The notes below the pieces were generated by a model. That model made no database searches. It was given only the letters and a program-made list of their open reading frames with translations, and had not been told where the DNA came from. From a virus, in the IMG/VR virus record IMGVR_UViG_3300029483_000012: DNA of 50,395 bases; one strand, given 5' to 3'. Position numbers and translations under genes: made by a program. The first letter of the stretch is position 1, and every line of letters starts with the position of its first letter. This document shows positions 1-9,763 of the stretch, one piece after another.

Positions 1-99
1 GTTTACCCCTGCGGAGGACATTGAGGACATCATTGAGTTTGACCCCAATGCCCTTTCCGCTGCGCTGAACTGATAAGGGAGGGAACAAAATATGATTAG
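1..99. repeat. Terminal redundancy copy 1 (identical to 50297-50395). It holds the last 73 nt of the sheath gene, the intergenic RBS and the first 8 nt of the tube gene.
   Basis: Direct comparison: bases 1-99 (gtttacccctgcggaggac...aaaatatgattag) recur exactly at the 3' end of the window. Confidence 0.95.
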
Positions 100-616
100 C
101 AGCAACTATATTCCTGAGAAAATCAGTGAGTATAACGCCTATCTGGACGGCAGCAAAATGATCGGCGTGGCCGCATCTGTGACCCTGCCGGAGATCAATA
201 TGAAAACCAGCACCGTATCCGGCGTGGGCGTCAACGGCGAACTGGACAGCCCCACCATTGGGCAGTTTGAGAGCATGGAGCAGGAAATCCAGTTCAACAC
301 CCTGTACAGCTCCGCCATGGATATGCTGTCGCCCCTGTTCACGGTGAACCTGACCCTGCGAGCGGCACAGCAGGTTTATGACAAAACGGGAGGCTATAAC
401 TTCAAGGGCCTGCGGGTGGTGGAGATCGGGCGCGTCAAGAGCTTCAACCCCGGCAAGGTTGAAAAGGGCGAGGCCATGGAGGCGACCATTACCCTGGAGC
501 TGACCTACATCATGATCGAGGTGGACGGCGTGCAGCTCCTGGAAGTGGACAAGCTGAACGGCATCTACAAGGTAAACGGGAATGATATGCTGGCTGGCGT
601 GAACAGCCTGGTATAA
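92..616 (+). CDS. Tail tube protein (contractile tail, P2 FII / PBSX XkdM type)
   Basis: 174-aa ORF with an AGGGAGG RBS directly after the sheath gene. Sheath-tube-chaperone-tape measure synteny. Size and N-terminus (MISSNYIPEKISEYNAYLDG...) are typical of myovirus tube proteins. Confidence 0.85.
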   Translation: MISSNYIPEKISEYNAYLDGSKMIGVAASVTLPEINMKTSTVSGVGVNGELDSPTIGQFESMEQEIQFNTLYSSAMDMLSPLFTVNLTLRAAQQVYDKTGGYNFKGLRVVEIGRVKSFNPGKVEKGEAMEATITLELTYIMIEVDGVQLLEVDKLNGIYKVNGNDMLAGVNSLV

Positions 617-696
617 CCCGGAAAACGGAACACGGCCCCCCGGCTGCGGGTGGGCCGTGTTTTTCTAAACGAACGACGGCTGAAAGGAGCATTACC

Positions 697-1359
697 ATGG
701 AGGAAATCAAGAACGCGATGGTGGAAGTCAACACGGAAACGCAAGAAGTCAACACCGAAAGGGAAGAAGTCAGCGAGGAGCGCGTTGTGAAGTTGACGAA
801 GCCTTATGTCTTTGAGGGAAAAGAGTATGAGGAAATCGACCTGTCGGGGCTGGAGAAGCTGACCATCCGGGACGCCATCGACACGCAGCTGGAGCTTTTC
901 GGCGTGGAAGTTGCCGCCTCTGTGCTGTGTGAGACCACCACAGCATTTGCCAGAACTATGGCAGCAAAGGCGACCGGACTGCCTATCGAATTTTTCAAGC
1001 TGATGCCGCGCGGCGCTTTTAAGCGGGTAGCGGGCATGGTGCGCAGATACATGAATGCGGACGGCGAGACGGAGAACCATGTGATGCAGTTGGAGAAGCC
1101 CCACAGCTATAAGGGGAAGGAGTACCGGGAAATCGACCTGAACGGCATTTCCGACCTGAACACCCTGAATGAGAGTGAGGCAGAAAACCGGCTGGCCCGC
1201 GAGGGATTTGCGGTGACGGAGAACGGCACCAACTATCTGTACGCCTGCGTGATCGCCTCGATGGCGACGGGCATCCCGGAGGATTTCTTCACCTCTCTGC
1301 CGCTGTATGAGCTGCTGAAACTGAAAAACGCGGTGAACGACGCGGATTTTTTCGAGTAA
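697..1359 (+). CDS. Tail assembly chaperone (gpG / XkdN-like), short product
   Basis: 220-aa acidic ORF between the tube and tape measure genes with a GAAAGGAG RBS. It ends 4 codons after a slippery T_TTT_TTC. Confidence 0.8.
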   Translation: MEEIKNAMVEVNTETQEVNTEREEVSEERVVKLTKPYVFEGKEYEEIDLSGLEKLTIRDAIDTQLELFGVEVAASVLCETTTAFARTMAAKATGLPIEFFKLMPRGAFKRVAGMVRRYMNADGETENHVMQLEKPHSYKGKEYREIDLNGISDLNTLNESEAENRLAREGFAVTENGTNYLYACVIASMATGIPEDFFTSLPLYELLKLKNAVNDADFFE

Positions 1360-1508
1360 AGGGCGGGGCAAAAGCCCTGCGGAAAGCGGCAATCCGACTG
1401 TCCTCGGTGACAGGGACGAGCCTTGAATTTTACTTGAAGTTGCCTGTCCGCGAGTTTGTTGAACTGAATGACGAGGTGGCGGAGGAATGGCGAAGAACAA
1501 AACATTAG
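697..1508 (+). CDS. Tail assembly chaperone, predicted -1 frameshift fusion product (gpGT-like, about 270 aa)
   Basis: The -1 frame is open from the slippery site (1347-1353) to TAG at 1506-1508. It encodes FFRVKGGAKALRKAAIRLSSVTGTSLEFYLKLPVREFVELNDEVAEEWRRTKH and overlaps the tape measure start. Confidence 0.6.
1347..1353 (+). promoter_or_regulatory. Slippery heptamer T_TTT_TTC for programmed -1 ribosomal frameshifting
   Basis: X_XXY_YYZ pattern in the zero frame of the chaperone gene, 4 codons before its stop. This is the canonical location for tailed phages. Confidence 0.6.
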
Positions 1509-4500
1509 AGCTTAGTATCAAGATCGCCGGAAAGATGGACAAGAGCCTGACGGCGGCGCTGGCCAGTAGCCAAGGGCAGCTGGGCAGCTTCGCCAAAAGT
1601 ATCAGCAACATCGGAACGGCGGGACTGGCGGCCATGGGTGCGCTGACGGCGGGAACGGTGGCAACCATCGCAAGATGCACCAAGGAAGCTGCAAAGTTTG
1701 AAAACTATATGTCCGATGTGGTCAAAGTCGTGGACGGCATGGCGGACGCAACCGGAAAAGTAAGCAACAAGATGGCGGAGAACGGGAGAACCTATGCGGA
1801 AAACTACGCCATCTTGGAAGAACGGCTGAAAGACCTGAGTACGCAGATACCGTACACCTTTGAGGATTTGACACGCCTCGCAGCGGCGGCAGGCCAATCT
1901 GGAAAAACCTTTGAGGACTTGACACAGACGGACTTCCTGAAAGACATCGCCATGTGGGGAACGGCTATGGACATTTCCGCAGACCAGGCAGGCGACTGGG
2001 GCGCGAAATGGGAACAGGCGTTCAACATGAACCACAAGCAGGTCATGGAGGTTGCGGATGTCATCAACTACCTGGGCAACAACTACGCCACTACGGCGGC
2101 GGAGATCGCCCAAAGCGTGAATGATGCGGCATCCATGGGCCAGCTGGCAGGCGTGGATGTTAAGGCGACGGCGGCCATCGCGGCCAGTATGCAGGCCATG
2201 GGCGTAAGCACTGACCGGGTGGGCACCAGTATCAAGCGCATCTATACCAACATCACAAAGGGCAGCACGGCCACAGCCGCCCAGGAAGCGGCATTTGAAC
2301 GACTGGGGTTCTCGGCGACGCAAATCGCAAAGTCAATGCAGACAGACGGCACGGGAACGCTGCTGAAAGTGTTTGAAGCAGTGAACAACCTGCCGGACGC
2401 TGAGAAGCTATCCACGCTCAATGCCCTGTTTGGACAGTGGGCCATTGAGGGCGGAGCCAAGCTCACGCAAAACCTGGGCCTCCTGACAGGGATGCTGAAA
2501 GAGGTTTCCAATGCAAGCGTCTGGAGCGGGAGCATGGAAAAAGAGTTCATCATCAAGGCGACGACGCCGGAGGCCATAGAAACCATGCTGGGAAGCGCCA
2601 AGTCTGCGCTGATGGACGACATCGGCACCGCATTTCTCCCAGCCTACAAGGAATTTGGACTGTCCATGATCGGGTTCATCCGAGGCATCCGGGAGAATAT
2701 GCCGGAGTTGACAAAGCTCGCAGAGAGCCTGGGGAAACTGGCGAGCCGCGGCGTGGAAAAGCTGGGTACTGCGATGAACTGGGCGCTGCCATACATCCAA
2801 AAGGGACTGGACTACCTGCTGAACAACGGCGAGCAGGTAGCCCATATCATCGGGATACTGGCGGCCACCTTTGCAGGAATGAAGCTGGCACCGGCGGCGG
2901 AGGGGCTGCTTTCCGGCGTGGGAGGTATGCTGTTCGGCGGAAATGCCGCAGGCGGAGGAAAGCGGAGCGGCGGCCTGTTCGGCGGCATCAAAAACCTGTT
3001 TATGGGCGGGAGAAAAGCCGGGAGCGCCGGAGCCGGTTTTGCATCCGCCTTTGGAGGGGCGGTATCTGGAAACGGATTTAAGGCAACCATGGGAGCTACG
3101 CTGTCAAGCCTGCTGGCCGGAAACGGCTTTAAGGGGACAGCGGGCCTGCTCTCTGCCGCGGCTGGGACGCCGGGGCTTCTCTCCGGCTATGTTGGGCCGG
3201 GAAGCGTAATCAAAAATGCAGCGGCGAACAGTGCAGTGGGCCAATGGCTCGGAGGAATAGGAACGGCCATCGGGAACACAAAGACCGGCGGCCTCCTGAG
3301 TGGCCTGCTGGGTAAAGCGGGAACTGCGGCGGGCGGACTGCTGGGGGCCGCAAAAGGCGGCTTGGGCGGCCTGCTGGGTAAGGCGGGAGCTGCCATCATG
3401 GGGAGCAAAGCCGGAATGGCCGTGGGCGGCCTGCTGGGCAAGGCAGGCGGAGCATTCAGCGCAATCGCTGGCTCCGGTGCGGTAAAGGCAATCGGTGGCG
3501 CTGCGAGCGGGGGTCTTGGGATACTGAGCAGTATTTGGGGGCCAATCGCAGGCGGCTTCGGAACCCTACTGTCCGGGGCGCTCCCGGTCGTGGGCGTGGT
3601 ATCCAGCATTATTGCGGTCGTCAGCCTGCTGGGTGACAACCTGGAGTATATACGGGAAATCGTCGGCGGGGTATTCGGAGAACAGGGGCTTGCCATCTTT
3701 GACAAGTTCACAGGCGCACTGTCCAATGTGGGTAACTTCATCAGCGGGCTGTTTGTGGACGGAGGCGTGGCAAGTGCGCTGTCCGGTTTCCGAGAAATGC
3801 TGTTCGGACAGGGCGGCATATTTGCCGGGAATGAGACGGCTGCCGGGGCGTTTGACGGCATCGTGCAGATGCTCCAATCGGTGATGGGCGTTGTGGGCCA
3901 GGTCGTGACCTTTGCCAACACAACAGTGAAGCCAATCATTGAGGGGATATTCAACTTTATTACGCAGACGGTGGTGCCGGTCATTCTGCAAACCATCCAG
4001 ACGGCGGCCCCGTATATCTCCAGTATCATCAGCGGGATTGGTTCGGCGGTTATGACGGTGGCGCAGATCATTGGCCAGGCCATTCAATTTGTTATGCCGG
4101 TCATTCGCACCCTCGCAACCATCCTGCTGAATATCGGGCAGGTGGTCGTGCCGTCTGTTCTGGCGGCCATCGCAGTATTCTCCGAGGGTATCAGCAACGC
4201 CATCACGGGGGTAAAGACCATCTTTGAAGGCGTTATCACATTCATCACCGGCGTGTTCTCAGGCAACTGGCGGCAGGCGTGGGAGGGTGTGCGGTCGATT
4301 TTCACAGGTATTTTCGACACCCTGGGCGCTCTGTTCAAAGCCCCGATCAACGCCGTTATAACGCTTATCAACAAGGCAATCGCAGGCATCAATGGGCTGA
4401 ATATCACCATCCCGGACTGGGTGCCGGGGTTGGGCGGGAAAACATTCGGACTGAATATCCCGGAAATTCCGATGCTGGCACGGGGCGGATTTACCAACGG

Positions 4501-4801
4501 CGCGAGCATCGCGGGCGAGGCTGGCACAGAGGCGGTTATCAGCTTCCAGAGAGCTGTGCGGCGGGAGAACCTTGCAACATGGGCCAAGGCCGGTGAGCTG
4601 CTGGGCGTCAGGCCGGTGGAACTGGCGGACATCCCGGCGGAGGGCGGCTTCGGCGGCGGAGGCATAACCTTTGCGCCGCAGATCACCATTCAAGGGAACG
4701 CAGACCGCAGCGTAATTGACGAGGCACTGGCGGAGGCGCAGGCCAGATTTGAGGCGTGGTATCTCCAGATGCAGCGCCGGAATGCGCGGACGGCCTATTA
4801 A
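1487..4801 (+). CDS. Tail tape measure protein
   Basis: 1104-aa ORF after the chaperone pair. Helical N-terminal part, central Gly-rich GLLGKAG-type repeats and hydrophobic segments. The position is diagnostic. Confidence 0.9.
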   Translation: MAKNKTLELSIKIAGKMDKSLTAALASSQGQLGSFAKSISNIGTAGLAAMGALTAGTVATIARCTKEAAKFENYMSDVVKVVDGMADATGKVSNKMAENGRTYAENYAILEERLKDLSTQIPYTFEDLTRLAAAAGQSGKTFEDLTQTDFLKDIAMWGTAMDISADQAGDWGAKWEQAFNMNHKQVMEVADVINYLGNNYATTAAEIAQSVNDAASMGQLAGVDVKATAAIAASMQAMGVSTDRVGTSIKRIYTNITKGSTATAAQEAAFERLGFSATQIAKSMQTDGTGTLLKVFEAVNNLPDAEKLSTLNALFGQWAIEGGAKLTQNLGLLTGMLKEVSNASVWSGSMEKEFIIKATTPEAIETMLGSAKSALMDDIGTAFLPAYKEFGLSMIGFIRGIRENMPELTKLAESLGKLASRGVEKLGTAMNWALPYIQKGLDYLLNNGEQVAHIIGILAATFAGMKLAPAAEGLLSGVGGMLFGGNAAGGGKRSGGLFGGIKNLFMGGRKAGSAGAGFASAFGGAVSGNGFKATMGATLSSLLAGNGFKGTAGLLSAAAGTPGLLSGYVGPGSVIKNAAANSAVGQWLGGIGTAIGNTKTGGLLSGLLGKAGTAAGGLLGAAKGGLGGLLGKAGAAIMGSKAGMAVGGLLGKAGGAFSAIAGSGAVKAIGGAASGGLGILSSIWGPIAGGFGTLLSGALPVVGVVSSIIAVVSLLGDNLEYIREIVGGVFGEQGLAIFDKFTGALSNVGNFISGLFVDGGVASALSGFREMLFGQGGIFAGNETAAGAFDGIVQMLQSVMGVVGQVVTFANTTVKPIIEGIFNFITQTVVPVILQTIQTAAPYISSIISGIGSAVMTVAQIIGQAIQFVMPVIRTLATILLNIGQVVVPSVLAAIAVFSEGISNAITGVKTIFEGVITFITGVFSGNWRQAWEGVRSIFTGIFDTLGALFKAPINAVITLINKAIAGINGLNITIPDWVPGLGGKTFGLNIPEIPMLARGGFTNGASIAGEAGTEAVISFQRAVRRENLATWAKAGELLGVRPVELADIPAEGGFGGGGITFAPQITIQGNADRSVIDEALAEAQARFEAWYLQMQRRNARTAY

Positions 4802-4813
4802 CGGGAGGACGGT

Positions 4814-5026
4814 ATGGCATACATCACTAAGAGCGGCGATACATGGGACATGATCGCCAAGGAAGTCTATGGGAGCGAATACCATGCCGATGTTCTGATG
4901 GCGGCGAATGCAGCGCACATTGAGACTTTTATCTTCCAAGCCGGGGTGGAACTGTCCACCCCGGCGCTGGAGGAGGAACGGAATGGACTGCTGCCGCCGT
5001 GGAAATATGAGGCGAACTATGATTAG
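4814..5026 (+). CDS. Tail protein X (LysM-like, P2 gpX / XkdP-like)
   Basis: 70 aa. MAYITKSGDTWDMIAKEVYGSEYHADVLMAANAAH... follows the same pattern as P2 gpX (GDTLD.I...YG......VL.AN). Located just after the tape measure gene. Confidence 0.8.
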   Translation: MAYITKSGDTWDMIAKEVYGSEYHADVLMAANAAHIETFIFQAGVELSTPALEEERNGLLPPWKYEANYD

Positions 5027-6371
5027 AGCAAGAAGCCTGGCGCTGGATGTGCGCTACAACAATGCCCCGTTTGCCGGGCAGGTAGGCGGAGAAATCGAAA
5101 ACCTGACCTATATCGACAGCGCGGCAGACAACAGCGACAGCATTGACATCACGCTGGACGCACAGGATGGAAAGTGGCTGCGGGGCTGGCTACCGGAAAA
5201 GGGCGCGACGCTGCGCCCGCGCATCCGGGGGTACAACTGGGAGGCGCAGGGAGACAGGCGCATCATTGAGTGCGGGTTATTCGTGCTGGATGATGTGAGC
5301 TTTTCTGATGCACCAACCACCTTGCAGATCGGCGGCGTGAGCAAGCCGAGCGACAGCGACTTTTCGGAGCTGGAGCGGGAAACCATTTGGAAAAACACCA
5401 GCATCAAGAGAATTGGAGAGACCATAGCGGGCCGGTATGGGCTGGCGTTCACCTACGATGCAGACGATTATGACATCGAGTGCGACGAGCAGGACGGAAC
5501 GGACAGCGGCTATTACAACCAGCTATGCAAAAACTACGGCCTTATCCTGAAAGTTTACGCCCGGCGGCTGTGGGTGTATGACCGGGAGCGGTACAAGGAA
5601 AAGCGAGCGGTAAAGACTTTCCACCGGACGCAGATCAGGCCGGGCAGTTTTGCATATACCACCACCCTGTCCGGCACATACACCGGCGGGTACTTCAACT
5701 ACACCGACGCGGACAAGGACATCGACATCGTGTGCAGCGTGGGCGGAGGGACACACACAAAGAGCGTGAACCGGAGAGCGACCAGCGTATATGATGCCAG
5801 CGTCCAACTGTGCGCGGAGCTGAACAACGCCAACCACGGCACGGTACGGCTGCGCTTCGGGGTAGATGGGGACTGGCTGGTGAGTGCGGGAAACTGCATC
5901 AATCTGGCCGGGTACGGAAAGCTGGACGGAAAATACTTTGTTGACAAGGTGACGCATAAGGTGAGCGCCAGCGGACTTACCACGGATTTCGAGTGCAGCG
6001 GCATCGGAACTGCGTTCCACTACTGGGATGTGGGCGGGAAGATCGAGTACCACGAGCCGGAGGAGGACAGCGGCGTTGATTACGACAGCGCCTACGCCAC
6101 CACAAGCCCGGCGGCCAATGCGGCCAGCTCGGAGGCGGGAGCCGAAGCGGGGGCGTCGGTGACGCTGACAAATGCGCCTTTCTATGTGGCAAGCACATCG
6201 GCAAGTCCAGCGTGCCACAAGAGCGGAACCTATTATTTCTACGATGGCATCTTAATCAACGGGAGATACCGCATGACCAACACGGCGGCGCGGTGCGGAA
6301 AGCTGCCGGTAGGAAAGAATGTAACCGGATGGGTGCCAGCGAGCTATTGCATCGCGGGAAAGGAGGGATAG
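5019..6371 (+). CDS. Late control D-like tail/baseplate hub protein (P2 gpD / XkdQ-like)
   Basis: 450 aa counted from ATG 5019, which overlaps the stop of the gpX-like gene. The N-terminus MIRARSLALDVRYNNAPFAGQVGGEIENLTYIDSAADNSDSIDITLDAQDG is typical of the family. The upstream part of the 4908 ORF overlaps the previous gene and was discarded. ATG 5007 is an alternative start. Confidence 0.75.
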   Translation: MIRARSLALDVRYNNAPFAGQVGGEIENLTYIDSAADNSDSIDITLDAQDGKWLRGWLPEKGATLRPRIRGYNWEAQGDRRIIECGLFVLDDVSFSDAPTTLQIGGVSKPSDSDFSELERETIWKNTSIKRIGETIAGRYGLAFTYDADDYDIECDEQDGTDSGYYNQLCKNYGLILKVYARRLWVYDRERYKEKRAVKTFHRTQIRPGSFAYTTTLSGTYTGGYFNYTDADKDIDIVCSVGGGTHTKSVNRRATSVYDASVQLCAELNNANHGTVRLRFGVDGDWLVSAGNCINLAGYGKLDGKYFVDKVTHKVSASGLTTDFECSGIGTAFHYWDVGGKIEYHEPEEDSGVDYDSAYATTSPAANAASSEAGAEAGASVTLTNAPFYVASTSASPACHKSGTYYFYDGILINGRYRMTNTAARCGKLPVGKNVTGWVPASYCIAGKEG

Positions 6372-6374
6372 CCG

Positions 6375-7187
6375 GTGGCAAGCACGAACCGCACGGGGCG
6401 CGTGAGCGCCATCGACTATGAGGCGGGCGCCTATGAAGTGACATACTTTGACCGGGGGCAAAGCGTGACGCGGAAGATCAATGCCATCAGCAACGGCGAA
6501 TACAAAATGCCGGTGATCGGCCAGATCGTCAGCGTGGCGCACACCAGCAGCGGCCTTGCGGCGGCCACGACGACGGGAACGGTCTGGAACAAAACAAACC
6601 GCCCAGCGGAGGGCTTCAAGGGGCTTTACCGAAAGGAATACGGCTCCCAAAAGGGACGGGCTTACAGCCGGTATGACGAGAATACGGGCGTGTACACGCA
6701 GTATGTGGACAAGCGCACCGGGCGTACCTGCAACGGAGAAATCTTCGATGAAGCAAAAGGCCCCATCAGCCTGGTGGCGGGCGGGCAGTTCCAGGCCAAA
6801 AGCAGCTCGGCCAGCATCAGCCTGAATGCGAAAACGGGCGTCGGCCTTGTGGCGGGAACATCGGTGAGCATCGAGGCCGGGAGCTTTGTGAGCATCGAGG
6901 CGGCGGGGGAACTGAGCGTGTCCGCCGGAGGAAAGTACACGCTGACGGTGACAAAGGGCGTGGAAGTCGAAGTGTCGGGCGGCGAGGCAAAGATCACGCT
7001 GAACGGAGCGGTAATCACCGTGACAGAGGCGGGGGATGTGACCGTGACCAGTCCGAGCAAAATCAACCTGTCGGCCCCGGAGATCAAAGCGGAGGCATCG
7101 GCGGGCGATATTGTCATACAAGGGAAAAGCCTTGTCAACCACACGCACGAGGACAGCCTGGGCGGCGGGACTACACCGCCAAAGTAA
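6375..7187 (+). CDS. Baseplate central spike protein (gpV / gp5-like OB fold plus beta-helix)
   Basis: GTG start with an AAAGGAGGG RBS. The C-terminal half is made of beta-helical repeats (SISLNAKTGVGLVAGTSVSIEAGSFVSIEAAGELSVSAGG...) and ends with an HTH-E apex motif. Confidence 0.65.
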   Translation: MASTNRTGRVSAIDYEAGAYEVTYFDRGQSVTRKINAISNGEYKMPVIGQIVSVAHTSSGLAAATTTGTVWNKTNRPAEGFKGLYRKEYGSQKGRAYSRYDENTGVYTQYVDKRTGRTCNGEIFDEAKGPISLVAGGQFQAKSSSASISLNAKTGVGLVAGTSVSIEAGSFVSIEAAGELSVSAGGKYTLTVTKGVEVEVSGGEAKITLNGAVITVTEAGDVTVTSPSKINLSAPEIKAEASAGDIVIQGKSLVNHTHEDSLGGGTTPPK

Positions 7188-7201
7188 GGAGGAGATCGCA
7201 C

Positions 7202-7594
7202 ATGGCGCTGGGGAGCTATATGGGGGTGTCATTCACGGTGAGCGACCGGCGCATCCTGACACCGAGCGGCCTGAAAGGACAGGGAGGAAGCGAGTGGGCA
7301 ACCCACAACCGAACCGGGGCAAGGGCAAGGAGCCAGTGGATTGCGCCCAAGCTGCGGAAATATTCGTATGACCTGCTGCTTCGGGCACAGGACGGCGTGA
7401 ACCCGAGAAGCACACTGCGACGCCTGCAACGCGCGGCAGAGCAGGATGTGGCGGACTGGTTCATTATCGGCGGCTCGCCCCTTTCGCCGTATCCGTTCAA
7501 AATCACCGACATCAGCGACGAGTGGGCCGTAGTGCTGCACCGGGGAGCGATGGTGGAGTGCAAAGTGACGCTGACCATCGAAGAATACCTGTAA
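7202..7594 (+). CDS. Tail/baseplate module protein of uncertain role (pattern reminiscent of P2 gpU or XkdR)
   Basis: 130-aa ORF with a strong AAGGAGG RBS between the spike and gp25-like genes. Its loose resemblance to gpU (W..H.R.......Q..G......L.L) was judged by eye only. Confidence 0.45.
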   Translation: MALGSYMGVSFTVSDRRILTPSGLKGQGGSEWATHNRTGARARSQWIAPKLRKYSYDLLLRAQDGVNPRSTLRRLQRAAEQDVADWFIIGGSPLSPYPFKITDISDEWAVVLHRGAMVECKVTLTIEEYL

Positions 7595-7604
7595 GGAGGG
7601 CGCT

Positions 7605-7919
7605 ATGCTTAACACGGAAAAAGCTGTGATCGAGATACTGCCGGGCAAGGTGGACGACAGCACGGCGCGGGAGGTATATCGAAACCTGCAAGTGCTGTAT
7701 GGGACTGTGTCCGGGGAGCAGGCGCTTGACCGGGAGTTTGGAATTGACGGCAGCATCATCGACTACCCACAGGAGAATGCGCAAGTTCTCCTGGTTGCAG
7801 AATATGTGCGCAAAACCGAACGGTATGAGCCGCGGGCAAAGGTGGCCCGCGTGGAATGGACGGGCGGAAAGGCGCAGGACGGAACTATGACCCCAAAGGT
7901 GGTGATCGAAATTGTCTAA
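7605..7919 (+). CDS. Baseplate wedge protein, GPW/gp25 family (XkdS-like)
   Basis: 104 aa. The motif GEQALDREFGIDGSIIDYP matches the gp25/GPW signature region. It lies immediately upstream of the baseplate J gene. Confidence 0.75.
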   Translation: MLNTEKAVIEILPGKVDDSTAREVYRNLQVLYGTVSGEQALDREFGIDGSIIDYPQENAQVLLVAEYVRKTERYEPRAKVARVEWTGGKAQDGTMTPKVVIEIV

Positions 7920-9069
7920 TATCATTGAGCTGGAGAACTGCCCGGAGCTGAACTTCATCGAGAACATGACCTTGCAGGAGACGGAAGATCAAATGCGGGA
8001 ACTGTACGCCGGATATTACCGGGAGCTGACCGGGAGAGACCCGGAGATCGGGGACGCCGACACGGTGAACCTGCTGATTAAAGCGTTCTGTGCGATGGAA
8101 TATCAGACCATGCAGTATGCGGACGCAAAGGGCAGAATGGAAATGCTGAAAACCAGCACCGGGAGCGCCTTGGATGCGCTGGCGGCGCTGGTGGGGCTGA
8201 CCAGGAAAGCGCCGGAACGGGCCACGGCCTCTGTGCGGTTCAGCCTGGAGGAGCCGAGGAGCGTCGTTGTTGCTATCCCGGCGGGAACGCGGGTGAAAAC
8301 CGAGGACGGGAAGTATTTCAACAGCCTGGAGTACGCCGAGATCAAGGCGGGCGAGGGCTATGCGGATGTTGTGGTGCAAGCTGAGGAAGCCGGAGCGGAG
8401 AGCAGCGGCATCCTTTCGGGTGCAATCAAAATACTGGTAGACCCCATTCCGTACATTTCCGGCGTGAGCAACACAACGCCGAGTACGGGCGGACTGGACA
8501 CCGAGGACGACGACAGCCTGACCCGGCGCATCTACCTTGCGCCGAGCGTTTATAGCTGCGCCGGGCCGCGGGACGCCTATGAATACTATGCGCGGGAATG
8601 GCGTGGGGATGTGGCGGATGTCCGCATCGTAAGCCCACAGCCGGACGAGGTGAATATCTACTTCGTGATCGAGGATGAAACAGGGCTTCGGCTTCCGAAC
8701 CCGACGGAGCTTGCGGGTATGGCGGAACACATGGACGACGAGACCATCCGCCCGCTGTGCGACCATGTAAGCTGCCTCGCACCGGAGGAGGTGGACTATA
8801 CCATATCGTTCACCTATTGGATTGCAGAGAGCAACCAGAGAAGCGCAAGTGAAATCCAGAGCAAGGTAACGGCGGCGGTCAAGGACTTCCAGACATGGCA
8901 GCGGAAACTTGGGCGGGACATCAACCCGACGGAGCTGATCGCCCGCCTGCGGGCGGCGGGGGCAAAGCGGGTGAAGCTGACGGCCCCGGCGGATGTGGCC
9001 GTGCAGACCATGATGCTGCCGAAATGCACCGGTGTGACGGCGACCTACGGAGGGCTGGAGGATGATTAA
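7912..9069 (+). CDS. Baseplate J-like protein (P2 gpJ / XkdT)
   Basis: 385 aa with a TTG start 8 nt after AAGGTGGTG. Size and W-J-I synteny fit. The call rests mainly on position and size. Confidence 0.8.
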   Translation: MSNIIELENCPELNFIENMTLQETEDQMRELYAGYYRELTGRDPEIGDADTVNLLIKAFCAMEYQTMQYADAKGRMEMLKTSTGSALDALAALVGLTRKAPERATASVRFSLEEPRSVVVAIPAGTRVKTEDGKYFNSLEYAEIKAGEGYADVVVQAEEAGAESSGILSGAIKILVDPIPYISGVSNTTPSTGGLDTEDDDSLTRRIYLAPSVYSCAGPRDAYEYYAREWRGDVADVRIVSPQPDEVNIYFVIEDETGLRLPNPTELAGMAEHMDDETIRPLCDHVSCLAPEEVDYTISFTYWIAESNQRSASEIQSKVTAAVKDFQTWQRKLGRDINPTELIARLRAAGAKRVKLTAPADVAVQTMMLPKCTGVTATYGGLEDD

Positions 9070-9760
9070 AAGCCTGAGAGATGCGCAGATCATAGACGGC
9101 CTGCCGCGTATCGTGCGGGAACAGCCGTGGGTCAAGGCGCTGTCCATGGCCGCTGCCGTGCTGCACAAAAAGACCATGGATTATATCGACGGAAGCCAAA
9201 TCTATACCGCCATCGACAGCGTGGCGGAGCCAGTGCTTGACGCCCTGGCGGTCAACTGGAAAATCGACTGGTATGACACCGGGTACGACATCGACCGGAA
9301 ACGGCGCATCGTTAAAACAGCATTGACCATTCGGCGGACGATGGGCACAGTGGGCGCAGTCCGGGCGCAGGCGGACGCTATCTATCCGGGTTCAACCCTG
9401 GAGGAATGGTTTGAGTACGGCGGGACGCACGGGAGGTTCCGGCTGCGGGTGAACATCGTCACGGTGGAGGAACGGGAGGAGTTTGAAGCGATGTCGCTCC
9501 GGGAGATCGAACGGCGGCTTGCGGCGGCAAAGCGGTTCAGCTCCCACTTGGAGGAGGTGGAATACTACGATGCGGGCGGCGTGGCGACAGCTTACGGAAT
9601 GGCGGCCTATGTAGGCGCTGAGTTCGTGGAGAGCTGCACCACCATCCGGGTGAACCCAAGCCCGGACACCAAAACAGGGACGGCCACGGCACACGCCCTG
9701 GCGGCCTGCGTAGGAGCGGTAATCATCGACTTCGGGACAACCGAGAGAACAGGAGGATAA
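9062..9760 (+). CDS. Tail protein I-like baseplate protein (P2 gpI / XkdU)
   Basis: 232 aa. The segment VLDALAVNWKIDWYDTGYDIDRKRRIVKTALTIRRTMGTVGAV is typical of the gpI family. It overlaps the gpJ-like stop. Confidence 0.75.
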   Translation: MIKSLRDAQIIDGLPRIVREQPWVKALSMAAAVLHKKTMDYIDGSQIYTAIDSVAEPVLDALAVNWKIDWYDTGYDIDRKRRIVKTALTIRRTMGTVGAVRAQADAIYPGSTLEEWFEYGGTHGRFRLRVNIVTVEEREEFEAMSLREIERRLAAAKRFSSHLEEVEYYDAGGVATAYGMAAYVGAEFVESCTTIRVNPSPDTKTGTATAHALAACVGAVIIDFGTTERTGG

Positions 9761-9763
9761 AAC

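Noticed and set aside
3290-3460. Repetitive GGCCTGCTGGG[TC]AA[AG]GC units, considered as a possible CRISPR-like or satellite array
   Set aside because: They are in frame within the tape measure protein (GLLGKAG repeats) and have no spacer/repeat architecture. No CRISPR array is present anywhere in the window.
4908-5018. Upstream part of the gpD-like ORF
   Set aside because: It overlaps the gpX-like gene in another frame. The conserved N-terminus starts at ATG 5019 (or 5007).
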